64,000 nt of DNA. Origin: Acidimicrobiia bacterium. GTDB lineage: Bacteria; Actinomycetota; Acidimicrobiia; Spongiisociales; UBA11373. The notes under the pieces were generated by a model. The model saw only the letters and a program-made list of their open reading frames with translations, ran no database searches and was not told the DNA's origin. The DNA lies in contig JBBDWO010000007.1 of assembly GCA_040902765.1 (NCBI GenBank), positions 20,113 to 84,112 of the forward strand, in the 5' to 3' direction. A program made the translations under genes and the position numbers. This document shows, in pieces, positions 29,327 to 36,247 of the stretch; the first letter of the stretch is position 1, and the number at the start of each line of letters is the position of its first letter.

Positions 29327-29941
29327 TCAGCGGTCGGCTGCGAGACCGTCGAAGACGAAGCGGACCAGGGTGTCGGCGACCTCATGGACGCGCTGCTTGG
29401 CATCACGGTCCCGCAGCAGGGCCTGTGAGGCGGACATCATGATGGTGAAGACGATGCGGCTGGCGTCTGCGGGGTCGAATGCCCGAAACTCGCCGTCGCT
29501 GATCCCGACGCGACAGAGCCGGGTCACCTCGTCTTCGAGCCTGCCGTGGGCCGCGCGCACCCGGGCCTGGGCCTCGGGACTCAGCTTGGGGAGCTCCCGC
29601 ATCAGCGTGCTGCCGAAGTCGGCGTCGCTGGAGACGAACTCGAGTCCTCGGATGATCAGCTCACCGAGTCGCTCGCGATGTGTGAGGCCGTCGGGGAGGC
29701 CGTCGACCATCTCGTCGACGGCCTCGGGCAGCGACCGCTCGACCAGGTGGACGAGTACGTCCTCCTTGTCGACGAAGTACTCGTACAGCGTGGTTCGCCC
29801 GATGCCGACGAACCCGGCGATGTCCGCGAGGGCGGTGTCGCCGTATCCCTGGGCGCGGAAAAGTGCCGCGGCCGCATCGAGGATCTCCTCGCGGGTCTGG
29901 CGCTTGTGTTCGGCGATCGTGGCCGCGCGAATTCGGGGCAT
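29327..29941 (-). CDS. TetR family transcriptional regulator, first gene of the hem cluster strand
   Basis: N-terminal HTH (REEILDAAAALFRAQGYGDTALADIAGFVGIGRTTLYEYF). The ATG at 29941 is preferred to the TTG at 29962. There are only 6 nt between its stop and the hemH start. Confidence 0.85.
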   Translation of the reverse strand: MPRIRAATIAEHKRQTREEILDAAAALFRAQGYGDTALADIAGFVGIGRTTLYEYFVDKEDVLVHLVERSLPEAVDEMVDGLPDGLTHRERLGELIIRGLEFVSSDADFGSTLMRELPKLSPEAQARVRAAHGRLEDEVTRLCRVGISDGEFRAFDPADASRIVFTIMMSASQALLRDRDAKQRVHEVADTLVRFVFDGLAADR

Positions 29942-29991
29942 GACCCCCTGAATGTAACTCAATCGGGCGTGGATCGTCCTCGACGGCGCGT

Positions 29992-30027
29992 CGGAACATG
30001 CGGCCGCGGCCGGTGCGCTATGTTCCG
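29992..30027. promoter_or_regulatory. candidate TetR operator / divergent-promoter inverted repeat
   Basis: CGGAACAT (29992-29999), 20 nt, then ATGTTCCG (30020-30027), in the gap between the tetR start and the divergent small ORF. Confidence 0.3.
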
Positions 30028-30309
30028 CAGGTGACCGACATCGGCATCGAGACCCTCGACGAGTGGTCGTTCCGGGTCGACCTCAGCGATGGTTCCAGTT
30101 CGAGTTCCCACACGGTGACGATCGACCCTGACTGGTACGAAGACCACTTGGCCGACGCCCCCAAGGAGGCGGTGGTGCGGGCGTCGTTCCGCTTCCTCCT
30201 CGATCGCGAGTCGCGGACCTCGATCCTCCCCAAGTTCGACCTGGGGTCGATCTCCTGGTACTTCGACGACTACCCCGCCGAGTTGGGCCGATACCTCGAC
30301 GATGAGTGA
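29998..30309 (+). CDS. hypothetical protein
   Basis: 103-aa ORF divergent from the tetR gene. I recognise no family. The start is uncertain (ATG 29998 or in-frame GTG 30031). It overlaps the next ORF by 8 nt. Confidence 0.4.
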   Translation: MRPRPVRYVPQVTDIGIETLDEWSFRVDLSDGSSSSSHTVTIDPDWYEDHLADAPKEAVVRASFRFLLDRESRTSILPKFDLGSISWYFDDYPAELGRYLDDE

Positions 30310-30562
30310 GGTGCCCGTCGATTTCGCCGCCGAGGGGCTGGAGTCCTATCGGTGGTCGAACGGTCCGGGCCACCGGTACGCCGCCCACAGCCACCCGTAT
30401 CACAAGGTGCTGATCTGCGACTCGGGGTCGATCACCTTCCACACCGCCGACGGTGACATCGTGCTGCGCGCCGGCGATCGCATGGACCTCCCCGCGGGCA
30501 CCGAGCACTCGGCGTCGGTCGGCGAATCCGGCGTGGTGTGCTGGGAGGCAGCCCGGTACTGA
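30302..30562 (+). CDS. cupin domain protein
   Basis: 86 aa. The two-His cupin motif region HSHPYHKVLICDSG and the second motif GDRMDLPAGTEHSA. Confidence 0.65.
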   Translation: MSEVPVDFAAEGLESYRWSNGPGHRYAAHSHPYHKVLICDSGSITFHTADGDIVLRAGDRMDLPAGTEHSASVGESGVVCWEAARY

Positions 30563-30563
30563 C

Positions 30564-31733
30564 TCAGGCGTTCGGCTGCTGGAGGTCGCCCCAGCGTTCG
30601 TCGACGGCCAGGTCGATCACCGTCCATGCCATTGACAGGGCCGCATCGCGCAGCGCCTTCTCACCGTCCGGGGTGATCGTGTGGGCGGCGAACTCGGGCT
30701 GGTGGTTGACCGCACCGTCGGTGGCCATGCCGACGTAGGGGTGGATGCTGGGCACCACGTTGCTCACGTTGCCCATGTCGGTGCTCCCGGCGCTCAGCTT
30801 GTCGGCGTCGCTCTGTCGGCGCAGCGGGCGGCCCAGGGCCTCGGAGTTGGCGGCATACAGCTCGACCATGGTCGGCTCGTGGGTGAGGTGCTGGAACTCG
30901 TTGCTGATCCGGGTGAAGGTGACCTGGCACGCCGTGGACGCCGCTGCGGCCTCTGCCATGGTGCGGAAGCGCTCCACCAGTTCATCGAGGCGTGCCTTCG
31001 TGGCCGCCCGCACGTACCACTTGGAGGCGGTGTACGACGGGATGATGTTGGGGGCGTCGCCGCCCTTGGTGACGATGCCGTGCATCTTGTCGCTGGGACG
31101 CATCTGCTGACGGAACGTCGACACGTTGACGTACAGCTGGACGAAGGCGTCGAGGGCGTTGCGGCCCTCCCAGGGCGAGGCGGAGGCGTGGGCGTCCTTG
31201 CCCCGGAACTCGACCATCAGGTCGATGATCGCCAGCGCACTCGGATCGACCACTTCTTCTGGGGTTGGCACAGGGTGCACCATCATCGACGCGGCGGCAC
31301 CTTCGAAGGCGCCGGCGTTGATCAGGTCCACCTTGCCGCCACCGGCCTCCTCGGCGGGCGTTCCCAGCACGGTCACGCGGATCCCGAGCTCATCCGCCAT
31401 TCCGGCGAGGGCGATGCCGGCGCCGGCGCTGGAGGTGGCGATGATGTTGTGTCCGCAGGCGTGACCCACCCCGGGGAGTGCATCCAACTCGGCGCAGATG
31501 ACCACCTCGGGGCCGCCCGATCCCGCTCGGGCGGCGAATGCCGTCTCGAGCCCGAATGCCGGGTATTCGACCTCGAAGCCATGACCGGCGAGCAGCTCGA
31601 CTAGGCGACGCGACGCCTCGCGCTCCTCATAGGCGATCTCCGGGTTCTCATACATCCACCGGCTCAGATCGCGGAGATCCTGCTCCACGGCATCGAAGGC
31701 CTCACGAGCCCGCTGCTTGAGGTCGGTCGCCAT
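30564..31733 (-). CDS. M20 family amidohydrolase/peptidase (AbgB/HipO-like)
   Basis: 389 aa. AELDALPGVGHACGHN metal motif and an M20D-like layout. Confidence 0.85.
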   Translation of the reverse strand: MATDLKQRAREAFDAVEQDLRDLSRWMYENPEIAYEEREASRRLVELLAGHGFEVEYPAFGLETAFAARAGSGGPEVVICAELDALPGVGHACGHNIIATSSAGAGIALAGMADELGIRVTVLGTPAEEAGGGKVDLINAGAFEGAAASMMVHPVPTPEEVVDPSALAIIDLMVEFRGKDAHASASPWEGRNALDAFVQLYVNVSTFRQQMRPSDKMHGIVTKGGDAPNIIPSYTASKWYVRAATKARLDELVERFRTMAEAAAASTACQVTFTRISNEFQHLTHEPTMVELYAANSEALGRPLRRQSDADKLSAGSTDMGNVSNVVPSIHPYVGMATDGAVNHQPEFAAHTITPDGEKALRDAALSMAWTVIDLAVDERWGDLQQPNA

Positions 31734-31769
31734 CGGGTTGCATGCTCCTTGGTGGACTCAGCAGGAGGA

Positions 31770-31797
31770 GGCTACCTGCTGCCGGCTACCGGCTACC
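31770..31797. repeat. heptamer array (GGCTACC, 4 units)
   Basis: GGCTACC TGCTGCC GGCTACC GGCTACC. Confidence 0.75.
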
Positions 31798-31837
31798 GCC
31801 GAAGGCGGGGAGGGGGGAGGGCTTACGCGTCGCGAGC
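31795..31837 (+). repeat. MITE-like element, 3'-terminal fragment of U2
   Basis: ACCGCCGAAGGCGGGGAGGGGGGAGGGCTTACGCGTCGCGAGC, which is identical in its core to 701-727. Confidence 0.7.
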
Positions 31838-31842
31838 AAGCG

Positions 31843-31894
31843 GCTACGACTCGCTACTCGGTAACCGCTACTCGCTACTCGCTACTCGCTACTT
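31843..31894. repeat. heptamer array (GCTACTC, about 7 units)
   Basis: GCTACGA ctc GCTACTC GGTAACC GCTACTC GCTACTC GCTACTC GCTACTT. It overlaps the lgt 3' end and stop codon. Confidence 0.85.
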
Positions 31895-32693
31895 CGTCCC
31901 TCGGCCCTCTCTTCTCCCGCCACACCAGGAAGGCCACCGCGCCGAGGGTCACCAACAGTGACACCCACCCGTTGCGGCTGAGGCCAAACAGTCGGAAGCT
32001 GGTGTCGGTGCGCAGCAGCTCGAGGCCGAAGCGGATGGTGCCGTACGAGATGAGGTAGCACAGAAACAGGCTGCCGCGGCGTAGGGTGAAGCGCTTCTCT
32101 ACCCACAGCAGGGCGAAAATGGTGGCGACGCTCCACAGCGACTCGTACAGGAACGTCGGGTGGAAGGTGGCGAATTCGGCGAACTGGGGAGGCCGTCGAT
32201 GCGGGGCGATCTCCAACGCCCACGGCAGGGTGGATGGCGTGCCGAATAGCTCCTGGTTGAAGTAGTTGCCCCAGCGCCCGATCGCCTGGGCCGCGGGTAG
32301 TCCGAGCGCCACCGCGTCCAAGAACGCCGGAAAGTCGCCCTTGTGACGCCGGATGGCCCACACCGCCCCGAGGATGCCGCCGGTGAGGCCACCGAACATG
32401 GCGATGCCGCCCTCCCAGATGCGGAACACGCCGAGCCAGTCACCCTCGAAGCGGTCCAACCGGTTGATCACATAGGCGAAGCGGGCGCCGGCGAAGCCGA
32501 TGACGATCGCCCACATGGCCGTCTTACCCGCCACCTCCGGGTCCCCGCCGAATCGCTCGTAGCGCCGCACGGTGATCGTGTAGGCGGTGGCGACGGCGAT
32601 CCCCATGAGGATGCCGTAGATGTGGATGGTCAGCGGGCCGAGGTCGATCGTGTTGAACGGCGGCGACGGGATCGATGCGAGCAGCGTGGTCAC
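31875..32693 (-). CDS. lgt: prolipoprotein diacylglyceryl transferase
   Basis: 272 aa. IHIYGILMGIAV, GARFAYV and the Lgt signature GRWGNYFNQELFG. The last three codons and the TAG stop lie inside a GCTACTC heptamer array. Confidence 0.9.
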   Translation of the reverse strand: MTTLLASIPSPPFNTIDLGPLTIHIYGILMGIAVATAYTITVRRYERFGGDPEVAGKTAMWAIVIGFAGARFAYVINRLDRFEGDWLGVFRIWEGGIAMFGGLTGGILGAVWAIRRHKGDFPAFLDAVALGLPAAQAIGRWGNYFNQELFGTPSTLPWALEIAPHRRPPQFAEFATFHPTFLYESLWSVATIFALLWVEKRFTLRRGSLFLCYLISYGTIRFGLELLRTDTSFRLFGLSRNGWVSLLVTLGAVAFLVWREKRGPRDEVASSE

Positions 32694-33040
32694 GACTCGT
32701 CCGCCCGGAACTCCTGATACGCCTCCCAGGCCCGGGGACCGTAAGTGGCTGCCGGCCCGCCGCCCATCGACAAAGCCACCGCCAGGCCCTCAGCCACCTC
32801 TTCGGGCGTGGCGCCAGCCCGTGCTGCCTTCTTGGCATGGGAGGCTATGCACCCGTCACACTGCTCGGACACGGCGATGGCGAGCGCCATCACCTCCTTG
32901 AGCCGGGCGGGGATCACCCCATCCTCGGTGGCAGCGGAACTCATCGCGACGAACCCAGACCACGTCTCACCCATCGCCTCGCGCAGTTCCAACGCCGGTC
33001 CCCGCAGATCGGCGAGCACATCGTGCCAGTGGGTGGTCAT
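32690..33040 (-). CDS. carboxymuconolactone decarboxylase family (AhpD-like) protein
   Basis: 116 aa. AhpD-type CxxC in SEQCDGCIASH. 4-nt overlap with lgt. Confidence 0.8.
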   Translation of the reverse strand: MTTHWHDVLADLRGPALELREAMGETWSGFVAMSSAATEDGVIPARLKEVMALAIAVSEQCDGCIASHAKKAARAGATPEEVAEGLAVALSMGGGPAATYGPRAWEAYQEFRADES

Positions 33041-33086
33041 GAGCGGGGATGGTAGAGGTCAAAGAGTGGCCAGTGGTCCAGCCACC

Positions 33087-33110
33087 GGCTACCCGCTACC
33101 GGCTACCGGC
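33087..33110. repeat. heptamer array (SGCTACC, 3 units)
   Basis: GGCTACC CGCTACC GGCTACC GGC. It contains the TAG stop of the four-helix-bundle gene. Confidence 0.8.
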
Positions 33111-33465
33111 GACGGGGTGTGAGGCGCTGACCGAGAGCACCCAGCATCGACCGAACGAGTCGTACATTCTCGCGCAGGTCGGCGTGGGTGGCGGGGTCGA
33201 CATACCCCAGGTCCGCAGCCAAACGGAGCTGGTACTCGACCTCGTTCGCCGATCCGACTGAGTAGCGAACAAAGCGAGCAAAGTCCCTATCAGAGCCGCG
33301 GCCTGCGCCCTCCGAGATGTTCGACGCGATCGAGGCGGCCGCCCGACGAGTCTGCTGAGTCAGGCTGAATCGCTCGGCCTTCGGATACTTCTGAGTGACG
33401 GCATACACCCGCAGTGCAACCCGATGCGCTTCTTGCCAGACCCTGAGCTTCTCGTAATCGGCCAC
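33103..33465 (-). CDS. four-helix-bundle protein (23S rRNA intervening-sequence protein / Avd-like family)
   Basis: 120 aa. Characteristic pattern L.VWQ.A....VY..T..YPK.ERF.L..Q.RRAA.SI..NI.EG, then GSANEVEYQL. The GTG start and the TAG stop both lie next to or inside heptamer arrays. Confidence 0.8.
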   Translation of the reverse strand: MADYEKLRVWQEAHRVALRVYAVTQKYPKAERFSLTQQTRRAAASIASNISEGAGRGSDRDFARFVRYSVGSANEVEYQLRLAADLGYVDPATHADLRENVRLVRSMLGALGQRLTPRRR

Positions 33466-33507
33466 GCCCGCTTCGTCGCATACCGATCGACCAAAGTCAA
33501 GATGCTC

Positions 33508-33557
33508 GGTGCTGGTAGCTGGTAGCTGGTAGCTGGTAGCTGGTAGCTGGCAGCTGC
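33508..33557. repeat. heptamer array (GGTAGCT, 7 units)
   Basis: GGTGCT GGTAGCT x5 GGCAGCT. It is the inverse complement of the 33087-33110 array (AGCTACC vs SGCTACC). Confidence 0.9.
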
Positions 33558-34490
33558 CTACTTCTTCTTGCCCCCGTCGTCCTCGAACACGCCCTTGATG
33601 GCTCCCAGGCTGCTCAGGATGCCGCTGGCTTCGTAGGGGAAGAACAGCTTGGTTGCCTGACCGTCGGCGATCTTGGGTAGCGCGTCCAAGTAGCGAATAG
33701 CGATGAGGTCGGGCGACGGGTCACCGGCGTGGATGGCGGCGAACACTCGCTCGATCGCTTGCGCCTCACCGTCGGCCACGGTGTGCAATTGGAACTTCTC
33801 CGCCTCGGCGACTTCCTTGATCGCCTGCGCCTGGCCCTGCGCCTCCAGGATGCGGGCCTCCTTGATGCCTTCGGCGCGAAGGATGGCGGCACGCTTCTCA
33901 CCTTCGGCCTCGGTGACGGTGGCACGACGATCACGCTCCGCCTTCATCTGACGGTGCATGGCCTCGGTGATGTCCGGTGGCGGGTCGATCCGCTGGATTT
34001 CGACGCGGACCACCCGGGTGCCCCACACGTCGGTGGCCTCGTCGAGGACGCTGCGTAGCTGGGCGTTGATCATGTCGCGAGAGGTGAGCGCCTCGTCCAA
34101 CTGGAGTTCGCCGACGATATTCCTCAGGTTCGTCTGGGCCAGCTTGGTGGCGGCGAGGATGAAGTTCGCCACGTTGTACTTGAGCTTCACCGGGTCGGTC
34201 GCCTGGTAGTAGACGACGGCGTCGACGGTGACCACCACGTTGTCCTTGGTGATGACCTCCTGGGGTGGAACGTCGACCACCTGTTCGCGCATGTCGATGC
34301 GGCGGATGCGCTCGATGAACGGGATGATGAAACGCAGTCCCGGGTCGACCATCCGGTCGAACCGGCCGAACCGCTCCACCAGTCCCTTTTCGAACTGGGT
34401 GACGATCTTGAGGGCCTTTGCTGCATAAATCAGCACCGCCAGGCCGATGACGATCAGTACCAGGAGTACCGGGTCTATGTCGAAGTTCAT
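33558..34490 (-). CDS. SPFH/band 7 (stomatin-like) protein
   Basis: 310 aa. N-terminal TM helix, then the SPFH core ([29 protein letters not shown]) and a coiled-coil A/E-rich tail. Confidence 0.9.
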   Translation of the reverse strand: MNFDIDPVLLVLIVIGLAVLIYAAKALKIVTQFEKGLVERFGRFDRMVDPGLRFIIPFIERIRRIDMREQVVDVPPQEVITKDNVVVTVDAVVYYQATDPVKLKYNVANFILAATKLAQTNLRNIVGELQLDEALTSRDMINAQLRSVLDEATDVWGTRVVRVEIQRIDPPPDITEAMHRQMKAERDRRATVTEAEGEKRAAILRAEGIKEARILEAQGQAQAIKEVAEAEKFQLHTVADGEAQAIERVFAAIHAGDPSPDLIAIRYLDALPKIADGQATKLFFPYEASGILSSLGAIKGVFEDDGGKKK

Positions 34491-34526
34491 CTCACCTCTC
34501 CTCGAGGGCCGGTGGTGTCGGCCCGA

Positions 34527-34961
34527 TCAATCGACTTTCTCGACGACAAGGCGGGTTCCCCGGATACCGGTGACCCGCACGGCGGCGCCCACCTCGAGGT
34601 CGTCCCCGTCGGTGGTGGCCCGCCAATCCTCGGTTTCGACGCGCACCCGTCCGGTGCCGGACTGTGGGTCGATGATCTCGGTGACCTTGCCTCTCTGCCC
34701 GAGCATGCGGTTGGAACCCATGAGGGGCGTGTCCTTGTCGATCTTCTTGACGAACCGCTGCAGCACGAAGAGTGCGATGAGGGAAACGGTGAGGAAGGTG
34801 AGCAACTGAACCAACGGCGCGACGCCAACCCAGGCGAGAACGGTGGCGACGAGGGCCCCGACGGCGAACGGAAGCATGAAGAACCCGGCGGTGACGATCT
34901 CACCGAATCCGAGGACCAGGGTCGCGATGACCCACACCCAGCGCCAGGTCTCATTGTCCAT
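34527..34961 (-). CDS. NfeD family membrane protein
   Basis: 144 aa. Two or three TM helices followed by an OB-fold tail (GRVRVETEDWRATTDGDDLEVGAAVRVTGIRGTRLVVEKV). This is the classic partner located upstream of an SPFH gene. Confidence 0.8.
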   Translation of the reverse strand: MDNETWRWVWVIATLVLGFGEIVTAGFFMLPFAVGALVATVLAWVGVAPLVQLLTFLTVSLIALFVLQRFVKKIDKDTPLMGSNRMLGQRGKVTEIIDPQSGTGRVRVETEDWRATTDGDDLEVGAAVRVTGIRGTRLVVEKVD

Positions 34962-35000
34962 GCGGTGCTCCTTATGTCCCTGCGCAAAGGGTAGCCAAGC

Positions 35001-35091
35001 GGGAAGGGGCGAGGGCCAGGAGGAACGATGGGCGAGGGACGAGGGGCCAGGGGCGAGGGGCCAGGATGGCGATGAGCGAGAACGAAGGCAG
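35001..35091. repeat. heptamer array (GGGGCGA/GGGGCCA-type, about 13 partly decayed units)
   Basis: GGGAAGG GGCGAGG GCCAGGA GGAACGA TGGGCGA GGGACGA GGGGCCA GGGGCGA GGGGCCA GGATGGC GATGAGC GAGAACG AAGGCAG. Confidence 0.7.
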
Positions 35092-35299
35092 GGCCTCGCG
35101 ATGGGTCAACCCTCCCCCTCCGTCTCGGCCCTTCGGGCCGATCCACCTCCCCCTTCGGGGGAGGGAACCGCGTTGGGAGGTCCCGCTTTGCGGTTCCTCG
35201 CCCTGAAGGGGTTGGGAGGTCCCGCTTTGCGGTTCCTCCCCCTGAAGGGGGGAGTACCGCCGAAGGCGGGGAGGGGGGAGGGCTGGCGCGTCGCGAGCG
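35091..35299 (+). repeat. MITE-like element, full copy with an internal 39-nt tandem duplication
   Basis: The termini GGGCCTCGCGATGGGTCAACCCTCCCCCTCC and GGGGAGGGGGGAGGGCTGGCGCGTCGCGAGC are mutually inverted. The inner hairpin is TCGGCCC-TTC-GGGCCGA (35125-35141). The duplicated unit GTTGGGAGGTCCCGCTTTGCGGTTCCTC.CCCTGAAGGG occurs at 35172-35210 and at 35211-35250. Confidence 0.8.
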
Positions 35300-35309
35300 G
35301 GGGGTTGCG

Positions 35310-35337
35310 CCCTCGCTACTCGACCCTCGCCCCCTAA
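35310..35337. repeat. heptamer array (CCCTCGC/TACTCGA, 4 units)
   Basis: CCCTCGC TACTCGA CCCTCGC CCCCTAA. It is inverted relative to 35001-35091 and contains the TAG stop of the 35334..36017 gene. Confidence 0.65.
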
Positions 35338-36017
35338 GACGCGATGTCGATGACTATCCGCAGGGGGTCCTGCAGGATCTGCACCCGGAAGCCCTTCTGG
35401 CCGGTGAGGCCGATGATCCAGGTCATTTGGGCTTCGAAGTCGCCGGTATTGATCACCTCGACAATCGGGTCCAGGCCCGGGTACAGCTCGCGATCGCCTG
35501 TGTACACCAGCTCGAACTCCTCCGACTCGGTGTCGTAGGACGACACGGGGCTCATGGTCACCACGAGGAAGGCACTGCCGTTGATTTCGACTTCGGCTCC
35601 CTCACCGTCGGTGTAGAAGGGCGGGTCCTCGTAGCGCACGTGATACATCGGTGTGCCGCTGCCGGTGAGGTCGAACACGATGCGGGCGTAGCCCGGGTGA
35701 GCGCCGAATCGGATATCCGTCAGGCTGGGGCCGGGGTTGCCGGTGATCTCCGTATTGAGTACCTCGTCGAAGTCGTCGGCGAAGTCGACGTCGGCTGCGG
35801 TCGTGGTCGTCTCTGCGGTGGTGGTGGTCGCCGGCTCCGTCGTGGTGGTCGTCTCCGGTGCCGCCGTCGTGGTGGTGTCGGCGAGGGCGGTCGTCGTGGT
35901 CGCATTGGGGTCGTGCGGACCGGTGAGGGTGACGATCAGCAGCATGACACCGAGGGCAAAGGCAACGCCAAGGGCGACCGGGACCACGATGTTCCACGGA
36001 CTCTGGAGACGCTCCAT
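35334..36017 (-). CDS. membrane-anchored hypothetical protein with a Thr-rich linker and an AMIN-like beta domain
   Basis: 227 aa. One N-terminal TM helix, a T/A/E/P low-complexity linker, then a domain with ARIVFDL and RIVIDI strands. The family assignment is tentative. Confidence 0.55.
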   Translation of the reverse strand: MERLQSPWNIVVPVALGVAFALGVMLLIVTLTGPHDPNATTTTALADTTTTAAPETTTTTEPATTTTAETTTTAADVDFADDFDEVLNTEITGNPGPSLTDIRFGAHPGYARIVFDLTGSGTPMYHVRYEDPPFYTDGEGAEVEINGSAFLVVTMSPVSSYDTESEEFELVYTGDRELYPGLDPIVEVINTGDFEAQMTWIIGLTGQKGFRVQILQDPLRIVIDIAS

Positions 36018-36084
36018 CGGATGATTCCTCCCTCGGTGTGCTACCGGAATCTAGCGATGGAGCGTGAATATTCTCGCGATCCGG

Positions 36085-36247
36085 ACCTCAGTGAATCACC
36101 AGCTCCCCCCGGCCGCGTCGACGGTGATCACGAGTACGGGCGGCGGCAGACCGCTTCGGTCAGCTGCCCGCCTCTGAGCCGATGTCGACCTGCCGGCGAC
36201 GCCGCTCCAACTCGTCGATCTCCCCGGGTACCGAGTCGATCTCGGAC
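36085..36247 (-). pseudogene. clpB-like relic: three collinear fragments of a ClpB paralog fused together
   Basis: My hand alignment to the resident clpB gives three matches. 36181-36244 vs 39373-39436 has about 56/64 identical and encodes [21 protein letters not shown]. 36131-36172 vs 38620-38661 has about 39/42 identical and encodes [14 protein letters not shown]. 36085-36125 vs 38071-38112 is the C-terminal end including the stop, with a 1-nt deletion. Confidence 0.6.
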
